NCBI GenBank assembly: GCA_964016885.1
Contig: OZ024753.1
Coordinates: 24,800,001 to 24,864,000 of the forward strand
DNA: 64,000 nt
From: Eledone cirrhosa
Taxonomy: Eukaryota
Reading direction: 5' to 3'
A program made the position numbers and the translations under genes. The notes under the pieces were generated by a model. It was not told where the DNA came from and ran no database searches. It worked only from the letters and a program-made list of their open reading frames with translations. Every line of letters starts with the position of its first letter. Position 1 is the stretch's first letter. Positions 1 to 14,130 of this stretch are shown one piece after another.

Positions 1-3000
1 AACTCCCGTCAAGATATAGAAACAGGATAGTAATAACTCCAACCAAGACATAGAAACATAATAGTAATAACTCCAACCAAAACATAGAAACATGATAGTA
101 ATAACTCCAACCAAGACATAGAAACATGATAGTAATAACTCCAACCAAGACATAGAAACAGGATAGTAATAATTCCAGTCAAGACATAGAAACATGATAG
201 TAATAACTCCAACCATGACATCGAAACAGGATAGTAATAACTCCAGTCAAGATATAGAAACATGATAGTAATAACTCCAGTCAAGACATCGAAACAGGAT
301 AGTAATAACTCCCGCCAAGATATAGAAACAGGATAGTAATAACTCCAGTCAAGACATAGAAACATGATAGTAATAACTCCAGTCAAGACATAGAAACATG
401 ATAGTAATAACTCCAGTCAAGACAGAAACATGATAGTAATAACTCCAGTCAAGATATAGAAACATGATAGTAATAACTCCAACCAAGACATAGAAACAGG
501 ATAGTAATAACTCTAGCCAAGATATAGAAACATGATAGTAATAACTCCAGTCAAGATATAGTAACATGATAGTAATAACTCCAGTCAAGATATAGAAACA
601 TGATAGTAATAACTCCAACCAAACATAGAAACAGGATAGTAATAACTCCAGCGAAGACATAGAAACATGATAGTAATAACTCCAACCAAGACATAGAAAC
701 ATGATAGTAATAACTCCAACCAATATATAGAAACAGGATAGTAATAACTCCAACCAAGACATAGAAACAGGATAGTAATAACTCCAGTCAAGCTATAGAA
801 ACATGATAGTAATAACTCCAACCAAGATATAGAAACATGATAGTAATAACTCCAACCAAGACATAGAAACATGTTAGTAATAACTCCAGCCAAGACATAG
901 AAACATTACAGTAATAACTCCAACCAAGACATAGAAACATGATAATAATAACTCCAGTCAAGACATAGAAACATGATAGTAATAACTCCAACTAAGACAT
1001 AGAAACATGATAATAATAACTCCAGTCAAGATATAGAAACATGATAGTAATAACTCCAACCAAGACATAGAAACGTGATAGTAATAACTCCAGTCAAGAT
1101 ATAGAAACATGATAGTAATAACTCCAACCAAGACATAGAAACCGGATAGTAATAACTCCAGTCAAGATATAGAAACAGGAGAGTAATAACTCCAGTCAAG
1201 ATATAGAAATACGATAGTAATAACTCCAGTCAAGATATAGAAACATGATAGTAATAACTCCAACCAAGACATAGAAACAGGATAGTAATAACTCCAACCA
1301 AGACATAGAAACATGATAGTAATAACTCCAACCAAGATATAGAAACATGATAGTAATAACTCCAACCAAGACATAGAAACATGATAGTAATAACTCCAGC
1401 CAAGACATAGAAACATGATAGCAATAACTCCAACCAAGACATAGAAACATGATAATAATAACTCCAGTCAAGACATAGAAACATGATAGTAATAGCTCCA
1501 ACCAAGACATAGAAACATGATAGTAATAACTCCAACCAAACATAGAAACAGGATAATAATAACTCCAGCGAAGACATAGAAACATGATAGTAATAACTCC
1601 AACCAAGACATAGAAACATGATAGTAATAACTCCAACCAAGATATAGAAACAGGATAGTAATAACTCCAACCAAGACATAGAAACAGGATAGTAATAACT
1701 CCAGTCAAGATTAGAAACATGATAGTAATAACTCCAACCAAGATATAGAAACATGATAGTAATAACTCCAACCAAGACATAGAAACAGGATAGTAATAAC
1801 TCCAACCAAGACATAGAAACATGATAGTAATAACTCCAGCCAAGACATAGAAACTTGATAGTAATAACTCCAACCAAGACATAGAAACATGATAATAATA
1901 ACTCCAGTCAAGACATAGAAACATGATAGTAATAACTCCAGTCAAGACATAGAAACATGATAGTAATAACTCCAACCAACATATAGAAACATGATAGTAA
2001 TAACGCCAGTCAAGATATAGAAACATGATAGTAATAACTCCAGTCAAGACATCGAAACAGGATAGTAATAACTCCCGCCAAGATATAGAAACAGGATAGT
2101 AATAACTCCAGTCAAGACATAGAAACATGATAGTAATAACTCCTGTCAAGATATAGAAACATGATAGTAATAACTCCAACCAAGACATAGAAACAGGATA
2201 GTAATAAATCTAGCCAAGATATAGAAACATGATAGTAATAACTCCAGTCAAGATATAGTAACATGATAGTAATAACTCCAGTCAAGATATAGAAACATGA
2301 TAGTAATAGCTCCAACCAAGACATAGAAACATGATAGTAATAACTCCAACCAAACATAGAAACAGGATAGTAATAACTCCAGCGAAGACATAGAAACATG
2401 ATAGTAATAACTCCAACCAAGACATAGAAACATGATAGTAATAACCCCAACCAAGATATAGAAACAGGATAGTAATAACTCCAACCAAGACATAGAAACA
2501 GGATAGAAATAACTCCAGTCAAGATATAGAAACATGATAGTAATAACTCCAACCAAGATATAGAAACATGATAGTAATAACTCCAACCAAGACATAGAAA
2601 CATGATAGTAATAACTCCAGCCAAGATATAGTAACATGATAGTAATAACTCCAACCAAGACATAGAAACATGATAATAATAACTCCAGTCAATACATAGA
2701 AACATGATAGTAATAACTCCAACTAAGACATAGAAACATGATAATAATAACTCCAGTCAAGATATAGAAACATGATAGTAATAACTCCAACCAAGACATA
2801 GAAACATGATAGTAATATCGCCAGTCAAGATATAGAAACATGATAGTAATAACTCCAACCAAGACATAGAAACCGGATAGTAATAACTCCAGTCAAGATA
2901 TAGAAACAGGAGAGTATTAACTCCAGTCAAGATATAGAAACATGATAGTAATAACTCCAGTCAAGATATAGAAACATGATAGTAATAACTTCAACCAAGA

Positions 3001-6000
3001 CATAGAAACAGGATAGTAATAACTCCAACCAAGATATAGAAACATGATAGTAATAACTCCAACCAAGACATAGAAACATGATAGTAATAACTCCAGCCAA
3101 GACATAGAAACATGATAGTAATAACTCCAGTCAAGACATAGAAACATGATAGTAATAACTCCAGTCAAGACATAGAAACATGATAGTAATAACTCCAGTC
3201 AAGACATAGAAATATGATAGTAATAACTCCAGTCAAGATATAGAAACGTGATAGTAATAACTCCAACCAAGACATAGAAACAAGATAGTAATAACTCTAG
3301 CCAAGATATAGAAACATGATAGTAATAACTCCAGTCAAGATATAGTAACATGATAGTAATAACTCCAGTCAAGATATAGAAACATGATAGTAATAGCTCC
3401 AACCAACACCTAGAAACATGATAGTAATAACTCCAACCAAACATAGAAACAGGATAGTAATAACTCCAGCGAAGACATAGAAACATGATAGTAATAACTC
3501 CAACCAAGACATAGAAACATGATAGTAATAACTCCAACCAAGATATAGAAACATGATAGTAATAACTCCAACCAAGACATAGAAACAGGATAGTAATAAC
3601 TCCAACCAAGACATAGAAACATGATAGTAATAACTCCAACCTAGATATAGAAACATGATAGTAATAACTCCAACCAAGACATAGAAACATGATAGTAATA
3701 ACTCCAGCCAAGACATAGAAACATGATAGTAATAACTCCAACCAAGACATAGAAACATGATAATAATAACTCCAGTCAAGACATAGAAACATGATAGTAA
3801 TAACTCCAGTCAAGACATAGAAACATAATAGTAATAACTCCAACCAAGACATAGAAACATGATAGTAATAACTCCAACCAAGATATAGAAACATGATAGT
3901 AATAACTCCAACCAAGACATAGAAACAGGATAGTCATAACTCCAACCAAGACATAGAAACATGATAGTAATAACTCCAACCTAGATATAGAAACATGATA
4001 GTAATAACTCCAACCAAGACATAGAAACATGATAGTAATAACTCCAGCCAAGACATAGAAACATGATAGTAATAACTCCAACCAAGACATAGAAACATGA
4101 TAATAATAACTCCAGTCAAGACATAGAAACATGATAGTAATAACTCCAGTCAAGACATAGAAACATAATAGTAATAACTCCAACCAAGATATAGAAACAT
4201 GATAGTAATAACGCCAGTCAAGACATAGAAACATGATAGTAATAACTCCAGTCAAGATATAGAAACATGATAGTAATAGCTCCAACCAAGACATAGAAAT
4301 ATGATAGTAATAACTCCAACCAAGATATAGAAACAGGATAGTAATAACTCCAACCAAACATAGAAACAGGATAGTAATAACTCCAGCCAAGACATAGAAA
4401 CAGGATAGTAATAACTCCAGACAAGACATAGAAACAAGATAGTAATAACTCCAAACAGGACAGAGAAACATGATAGTAATAACTCCAGCCAAGATATAGA
4501 AACATGATAGTAATAACTCCAGCCAAGATATAGAAACAAGATAGTAATAACTCCAGTCAAGATATAGAAACAAGATAGTAATAACTCCAGTCAAGATATA
4601 GAAATATGATAGTAATAACTCTAACCAAGACATAGAGACATGATAGTGATAACTCCAGAAAAGATATAGAAACAAGATAGTAATAACTCCAGACAAGATA
4701 TAGAAACAAGATAGTAATAACTCCAACCAAGACATAGAAACAGGATAGTAATAACTCTAGCCAAGATATAGAAACATGATAGTAATAACTCCAGTCAAGA
4801 TATAGTAACATGATAGTAATAACTCCAGTCAAGATATAGAAACATGATAGTAATAACACCAACCAAACATAGAAACAGGATAGTAATAACTCCAGCGAAG
4901 ACATAGAAACATGATAGTAATAACTCCAACCAAGATATAGAAACATGATAGTAATAACTCCAACCAAGACATAGAAACATGTTAGTAATAACTCCAGCCA
5001 AGACATAGAAACATGATAGTAATAACTCCAACCAAGACATAGAAACATGATAATAATAACTCCAGTCAAGACATAGAAACATGATAGTAATAACTCCAAC
5101 TAAGACATAGAAACATGATAATAATAACTCCAGTCAAGATATAGAAACATTATAGTAATAACTCCAACCAAGACATAGAAACATGATAGTAATAACTCCA
5201 GTCAAGATATAGAAACATGATAGTAATAACTCCAACCAAGACATAGAAACCGGATAGTAATAACTCCAGTCAAGATATAGAAACAGGAGAGTAATAACTC
5301 CAGTCAAGATATAGAAATATGATAGTAATAACTCCAGTCAAGATATAGAAACATGATAGTAATAACTCCAACCAAGACATAGAAACAGGATAGTAATAAC
5401 TCCAACCAAGACATAGAAACATGATAGTAATAACTCCAACCAAGATATAGAAACATGATAGTAATAACTCCAACCAAGACATAGAAACATGATAGTAATA
5501 ACTCCAGCCAAGACATAGAAACATGATAGCAATAACTCGAACCAAGACATAGAAACATGATAATAATAACTCCAGTCAAGACATAGAAACATGATAGTAA
5601 TAGCTCCAACCAAGACATAGAAACATGATAGTAATAACTCCAACCAAACATAGAAACAGGATAATAATAACTCCAGCGAAGACATAGAAACATGATAGTA
5701 ATAACTCCAACCAAGACATAGAAACATGATAGTAATAACTCCAACCAAGCTATAGAAACAGGATAGTAATAACTCCAACCAAGACATAGAAACAGGATAG
5801 TAATAACTCCAGTCAAGATTAGAAACATGATAGTAATAACTCCAACCAAGATATAGAAACATGATAGTAATAACTCCAACCAAGACATAGAAACAGGATA
5901 GTAATAACTCCAACCAAGACATAGAAACATGATAGTAATAACTCCAACCAAGATATAGAAACATGATAGTAATAACTCCAACCAAGACATAGAAACATGA

Positions 6001-9000
6001 TAGTAATAACTCCAGCCAAGACATAGAAACTTGATAGTAATAACTCCAACCAAGACATAGAAACATGATAATAATAACTCCAGTCAAGACATAGAAACAT
6101 GATAGTAATAACTCCAGTCAAGACATAGAAACATGATAGTAATAACTCCAACCAACATATAGAAACATGATAGTAATAACGCCAGTCAAGATATAAAAAC
6201 ATGATAGTAATAACTCCAGTCAAGACATCGAAACAGGATAGTAATAACTCCCGCCAAGATATAGAAACAGGATAGTAATAACTCCAGTCAAGACATAGAA
6301 ACATGATAGTAATAACTCCTGTCAAGATATAGAAACATGATAGTAATAACTCCAACCAAGACATAGAAACAGGATAGTAATAAATCTAGCCAAGATATAG
6401 AAACATGATAGTAATAACTCCAGTCAAGATATAGTAACATGATAGTAATAACTCCAGTCAAGATATAGAAACATGATAGTAATAGCTCCAACCAAGACAG
6501 AGAAACATGATAGTAATAACTCCAACCAAACATAGAAACAGGATAGTAATAACTCCAGCGAAGACATAGAAACATGATAGTAATAACTCCAACCAAGACA
6601 TAGAAACATGATAGTAATAACCCCAACCAAGATATAGAAACAGGATAGTAATAACTCCAACCAAGACATAGAAACAGGATAGAAATAACTCCAGTCAAGA
6701 TATAGAAACATGATAGTAATAACTCCAACCAAGATATAGAAACATGATAGTAATAACTCCAACCAAGACATAGAAACATGATAGTAATAACTCCAGCCAA
6801 GATATAGAAACATGATAGTAATAACTCCAACCAAGACATAGAAACATGATAATAATAACTCCAGTCAAGACATAGAAACATGATAGTAATAACTCCAACT
6901 AAGACATAGAAACATGATAATAATAACTCCAGTCAAGATATAGAAACATGATAGTAATAACTCCAACCAATACATAGAAACATGATAGTAATAACGCCAG
7001 TCAAGATATAGAAACATGATAGTAATAACTCCAACCAAGACATAGAAACCGGATAGTAATAACTCCAGTCAAGATATAGAAACAGGAGAGTATTAACTCC
7101 AGTCAAGATATAGAAACATGATAGTAATAACTCCAGTCAAGATATAGAAACATGATAGTAATAACTTCAACCAAGACATAGAAACAGGATAGTAATAACT
7201 CCAACCAAGATATAGAAACATGATAGTAATAACTCCAACCAAGACATAGAAACATGATAGTAATAACTCCAGCCAAGACATAGAAACATGATAGTAATAA
7301 CTCCAGTCAAGACATAGAAACATGATAGTAATAACTCCAGTCAAGACATAGAAACATGATAGTAATAACTCCAGTCAAGACATAGAAACATGATAGTAAT
7401 AACTCCAGTCAAGATATAGAAACATGATAGTAATAACTCCAACCAAGACATAGAAACAGGATAGTAATAACTCTAGGCAAGATATAGAAACATGATAGTA
7501 ATAACTCCAGTCAAGATATAGTAACATGATAGTAATAACTCCAGTCAAGATATAGAAACATGATAGTAATAGCTCCAACCAACACATAGAAACATGATAG
7601 GAATAACTCCAACCAAACATAGAAACAGGATAGTAATAACTCCAGCGAAGACATAGAAACATGATAGTAATAACTCCAACCAAGACATAGAAACATGATA
7701 GTAATAACTCCAACCAAGATATAGAAACATGATAGTAATAACTCCAACCAAGACATAGAAACAGGATAGTAATAACTCCAACCAAGACATAGAAACATGA
7801 TAGTAATAACTCCAACCTAGATAGAGAAACATGATAGTAATAACTCCAACCAAGACATAGAAACATGATAGTAATAACTCCAGCCAAGACATAGAAACAT
7901 GATAGTAATAACTCCAACCAAGACATAGAAACATGATAGTAATAACTCCAACCAAGACATAGAAACATGATAGTAATAACTCCAGCCAAGACATAGAAAG
8001 ATGATAGTAATAACTCCAACCAAGACATAGAAACATGATAATAATAACTCCAGTCAAGACATAGAAACATGATAGTAATAACTCCAGTCAAGACATAGAA
8101 ACATAATAGTAATAACTCCAACCAAGATATAGAAACATGATAGTAATAACGCAAGTCAAGACATAGAAACATGATAGTAATAACTCCAGTCAAGATATAG
8201 AAACATGATAGTAATAACTCCAGTCATGATATAGAAATATGATAGTAATAACTCTAACCAAGACATAGAGACATGATAGTAATAACTCCAGACAAGATAT
8301 AGAAACAAGATAGTAATAACTCCAACCAAGATATAGAAACAAGATAGTAGTTACTCCAGCCAAGATATAGAAACATGATAGTAATAACTCCAGTCAAGAT
8401 ATAGAAATATGATAGTAATAACTCTAACCAAGATATAGAGATATGATAGTAATAACTCCAACCAAGACATAGAAACATGATAGTAATAACTCCAGTCAAG
8501 ATATAGAAATATGATAGTAATAACTATAACCAAGACACAGAGACATGATAGTAATAACTCCAACCAAGACATAGAAACAGTATAGTAATAACTCCAGACA
8601 AGACAGAGAAACATGATAGTAATAACTCCAGACAAGATATAGAAAGATGATAGTAATAACTCCAACCAAGACATAGAAACAGGATAGTAATAACTCCAGA
8701 CGAGATATAGAAACATGATAGTAATAACTCCAACCAAGACAGAGAAACATGATAGTAATAACTCCAGACAAGACAGAGAAACATGATAGTAATAACTCCA
8801 GCCAAGATATAGATACAGTATAGTAATAACACCCGCCAAGATATAGAAACAGGATAGTAATAACTCCCGTCAAGATATAGAAACAGGATAGTAATAACTC
8901 CAACCAAGACATAGAAACATAATAGTAATAACTCCAACCAAAACATAGAAACATGATAGTAATAACTCCAACCAAGACATAGAAACATGATAGTAATAAC

Positions 9001-10116
9001 TCCAACCAAGACATAGAAACAGGATAGTAATAATTCCAGTCAAGACATAGAAACATGATAGTAATAACTCCAACCATGACATCGAAACAGGATAGTAATA
9101 ACTCCAGTCAAGATATAGAAACATGATAGTAATAACTCCAGTCAAGACATCGAAACAGGATAGTAATAACTCCCGCCAAGATATAGAAACAGGATAGTAA
9201 TAACTCCAGTCAAGACATAGAAACATGATAGTAATAACTCCAGTCAAGACATAGAAACATGATAGTAATAACTCCAGTCAAGACAGAAACATGATAGTAA
9301 TAACTCCAGTCAAGATATAGAAACATGATAGTAATAACTCCAACCAAGACATAGAAACTGGATAGTAATAACTCTAGCCAAGATATAGAAACATGATAGT
9401 AATAACTCCAGTCAAGATATAGTAACATGATAGTAATAACTCCAGTCAAGATATAGAAACATGATAGTAATAACTCCAACCAAACATAGAAACAGGATAG
9501 TAATAACTCCAGCGAAGACATAGAAACATGATAGTAATAACTCCAACCAAGACATAGAAACATGATAGTAATAACTCCAACCAAGATATAGAAACAGGAT
9601 AGTAATAACTCCAACCAAGACATAGAAACAGGATAGTAATAACTCCAGTCAAGCTATAGAAACATGATAGTAATAACTCCAACCAAGATATAGAAACATG
9701 ATAGTAATAACTCCAACCAAGACATAGAAACATGTTAGTAATAACTCCAGCCAAGACATAGAAACATGATAGTAATAACTCCAACCAAGACATAGAAACA
9801 TGATAATAATAACTCCAGTCAAGACATAGAAACATGATAGTAATAACTCCAACTAAGACATAGAAACATGATAATAATAACTCCAGTCAAGATATAGAAA
9901 CATGATAGTAATAACTCCAACCAAGACATAGAAACATGATAGTAATAACTCCAGTCAAGATATAGAAACATGATAGTAATAACTCCAACCAAGACATAGA
10001 AACCGGATAGTAATAACTCCAGTCAAGATATAGAAACAGGAGAGTAATAACTCCAGTCAAGATATAGAAATATGATAGTAATAACTCCAGTCAAGATATA
10101 GAAACATGATAGTAAT
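1..10116. repeat. Higher-order duplication: ~1-1255 recurs at ~8862-10116 (offset 8861 bp)
   Basis: Identical ORF-track translations at 9..386 and 8870..9247. Shared rare variants include TCCCGTC, CCATGACATCG, a 32-bp monomer (409-440 / 9270-9301) and AAGCTATAG. A few private substitutions differ between the copies (e.g. near 724 and 907-910). Confidence 0.9.
800..7880. repeat. Higher-order duplication: ~800-3700 recurs at ~4910-7880 (offset 4108 bp, rising to 4176 bp after a 2-monomer gain)
   Basis: CATGTTAG marker with its GTT at 873 and 4981; GATTAG 33-bp monomer at 1697 and 5805; TAAATCTAG at 2205 and 6381; ORF pairs 1162/5270, 2112/6288 and 2917/7093. Boundaries are approximate. Confidence 0.85.
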
Positions 10117-10362
10117 AACTCTAACCAAGATATAGAAACATGATAGTAATAACTCCAACCAAGACATAGAAACATGTTAGTAATAACTCCAGCCAAGACA
10201 TAGAAACATGATAGTAATAACTCCAACCAAGACATAGAAACATGATAGTAATAACTCCAACCAAGATATAGAAACATGATAGTAATAACTCCAACCAAGA
10301 CATAGAAACATGATAGTAATAACTCCAGCCAAGACATAGAAACATGATAGCAATAACTCCAA

Positions 10363-13300
10363 CCAAGACATAGAAACATGATAGTAATAACTCCAGTCAA
10401 GACATAGAAACATGATAGTAATAACTCCAGTCAAGACATAGAAACATGATAGTAATAACTCCAGTCAAGACATAGAAACATGATAGTAATAACTCCAGTC
10501 AAGATATAGAAACATGATAGTAATAACTCCAACCAAGACATAGAAACAGGATAGTAATAACTCTAGGCAAGATATAGAAACATGATAGTAATAACTCCAG
10601 TCAAGATATAGTAACATGATAGTAATAACTCCAGTCAAGATATAGAAACATGATAGTAATAGCTCCAACCAACACATAGAAACATGATAGGAATAACTCC
10701 AACCAAACATAGAAACAGGATAGTAATAACTCCAGCGAAGACATAGAAACATGATAGTAATAACTCCAACCAAGACATAGAAACATGATAGTAATAACTC
10801 CAACCAAGATATAGAAACATGATAGTAATAACTCCAACCAAGACATAGAAACAGGATAGTAATAACTCCAACCAAGACATAGAAACATGATAGTAATAAC
10901 TCCAACCTAGATATAGAAACATGATAGTAATAACTCCAACCAAGACATAGAAACATGATAGTAATAACTCCAGCCAAGACATAGAAACATGATAGTAATA
11001 ACTCCAACCAAGACATAGAAACATGATAATAATAAACTCCAGTCAAGACATAGAAACATGATAGTAATAACTCGAGTGAAGACATAGAAACATAATAGTA
11101 ATAACTCCAACCAAGACATAGAAACATGATAGTAATAATTCCAACCAAGATATAGAAACATGATAGTAATAACTCCAACCAAGACATAGAAACAGGATAG
11201 TAATAACTCCAACCAAGACATAGAAACATGATAGTAATAACTCCAACCTAGATATAGAAACATGATAGTAATAACTCCAACCAAGACATAGAAACATGAT
11301 AGTAATAACTCCAGCCAAGACATAGAAAGATGATAGTAATAACTCCAACCAAGACATAGAAACATGATAATAATAACTCCAGTCAAGACATAGAAACATG
11401 ATAGTAATAACTCCAGTCAAGACATAGAAACATAATAGTAATAACTCCAACCAAGATATAGAAACATGATAGTAATAACGCCAGTCAAGACATAGAAACA
11501 TGATAGTAATAACTCCAGTCAAGATATAGAAACATGATAGTAATAACTTCAACCAAGACATAGAAACAGGATAGTAATAACTCCAACCAAGATATAGAAA
11601 CATGATAGTAATAACTCCAACCAAGACATAGAAACATGATAGTAATAACTCCAGCCAAGACATAGAAACATGATAGTAATAACTCCAGTCAAGACATAGA
11701 AACATGATAGTAATAACTCCAGTCAAGACATAGAAACATGATAGTAATAACTCCAGTCAAGACATAGAAACATGATAGTAATAACTCCAGTCAAGATATA
11801 GAAACATGATAGTAATAACTCCAACCAAGACATAGAAACAGGATAGTAATAACTCTAGGCAAGATATAGAAACATGATAGTAATAACTCCAGTCAAGATA
11901 TAGTAACATGATAGTAATAACTCCAGTCAAGATATAGAAACATGATAGTAATAGCTCCAACCAACACATAGAAACATGATAGGAATAACTCCAACCAAAC
12001 ATAGAAACAGGATAGTAATAACTCCAGCGAAGACATAGAAACATGATAGTAATAACTCCAACCAAGACATAGAAACATGATAGTAATAACTCCAACCAAG
12101 ATATAGAAACATGATAGTAATAACTCCAACCAAGACATAGAAACAGGATAGTAATAACTCCAACCAAGACATAGAAACATGATAGTAATAACTCCAACCT
12201 AGATATAGAAACATGATAGTAATAACTCCAACCAAGACATAGAAACATGATAGTAATAACTCCAGCCAAGACATAGAAACATGATAGTAATAACTCCAAC
12301 CAAGACATAGAAACATGATAATAATAACTCCAGTCAAGACATAGAAACATGATAGTAATAACTCGAGTGAAGACATAGAAACATAATAGTAATAACTCCA
12401 ACCAAGACATAGAAACATGATAGTAATAATTCCAACCAAGATATAGAAACATGATAGTAATAACTCCAACCAAGACATAGAAACAGGATAGTAATAACTC
12501 CAACCAAGACATACAAACATGATAGTAATAACTCCAACCTAGATATAGAAACATGATAGTAATAACTCCAACCAAGACATAGAAACATGATAGTAATAAC
12601 TCCAGCCAAGACATAGAAAGATGATAGTAATAACTCCAACCAAGACATAGAAACATGATAATAATAACTCCAGTCAAGACATAGAAACATGATAGTAATA
12701 ACTCCAGTCAAGACATAGAAACATAATAGTAATAACTCCAACCAAGATATAGAAACATGATAGTAATAACGCCAGTCAAGACATAGAAACATGATAGTAA
12801 TAACTCCAGTCAAGATATAGAAACATGATAGTAATAACTTCAACCAAGACATAGAAACAGGATAGTAATAACTCCAACCAAGATATAGAAACATGATAGT
12901 AATAACTCCAACCAAGACATAGAAACATGATAGTAATAACTCCAGCCAAGACATAGAAACATGATAGTAATAACTCCAGTCAAGACATAGAAACATGATA
13001 GTAATAACTCCAGTCAAGACATAGAAACATGATAGTAATAACTCCAGTCAAGACATAGAAACATGATAGTAATAACTCCAGTCAAGATATAGAAACATGA
13101 TAGTAATAACTCCAACCAAGACATAGAAACAGGATAGTAATAACTCTAGGCAAGATATAGAAACATGATAGTAATAACTCCAGTCAAGATATAGTAACAT
13201 GATAGTAATAACTCCAGTCAAGATATAGAAACATGATAGTAATAGCTCCAACCAACACATAGAAACATGATAGGAATAACTCCAACCAAACATAGAAACA

Positions 13301-14130
13301 GGATAGTAATAACTCCAGCGAAGACATAGAAACATGATAGTAATAACTCCAACCAAGACATAGAAACATGATAGTAATAACTCCAACCAAGATATAGAAA
13401 CATGATAGTAATAACTCCAACCAAGACATAGAAACAGGATAGTAATAACTCCAACCAAGACATAGAAACATGATAGTAATAACTCCAACCTAGATATAGA
13501 AACATGATAGTAATAACTCCAACCAAGACATAGAAACATGATAGTAATAACTCCAGCCAAGACATAGAAACATGATAGTAATAACTCCAACCAAGACATA
13601 GAAACATGATAATAATAACTCCAGTCAAGACATAGAAACATGATAGTAATAACTCGAGTGAAGACATAGAAACATAATAGTAATAACTCCAACCAAGACA
13701 TAGAAACATGATAGTAATAATTCCAACCAAGATATAGAAACATGATAGTAATAACTCCAACCAAGACATAGAAACAGGATAGTAATAACTCCAACCAAGA
13801 CATACAAACATGATAGTAATAACTCCAACCTAGATATAGAAACATGATAGTAATAACTCCAACCAAGACATAGAAACATGATAGTAATAACTCCAGCCAA
13901 GACATAGAAAGATGATAGTAATAACTCCAACCAAGACATAGAAACATGATAATAATAACTCCAGTCAAGACATAGAAACATGATAGTAATAACTCCAGTC
14001 AAGACATAGAAACATAATAGTAATAACTCCAACCAAGATATAGAAACATGATAGTAATAACGCCAGTCAAGACATAGAAACATGATAGTAATAACTCCAG
14101 TCAAGATATAGAAACATGATAGTAATAACT
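10363..14130. repeat. Higher-order repeat with a 1291-bp unit (38 monomers, one of them 33 bp), ~2.9 tandem copies
   Basis: ORF pairs 11043/12334/13625 and 11757/13048. Markers CTCTAGGCAA, GATAGGAAT, CTCGAGTGAAG and AATTCCAACC recur at this period. The first copy carries a 1-bp insertion (AATAAACTCC, 11031-11040). Confidence 0.92.

Noticed and set aside
1-68. loxP/FRT-like 34-bp recombination site (ATAACTCC resembles the ATAACTTC start of loxP)
   Set aside because: The monomer lacks the 13-bp inverted arms around an 8-bp core. Only the length and a short AT-rich word match.
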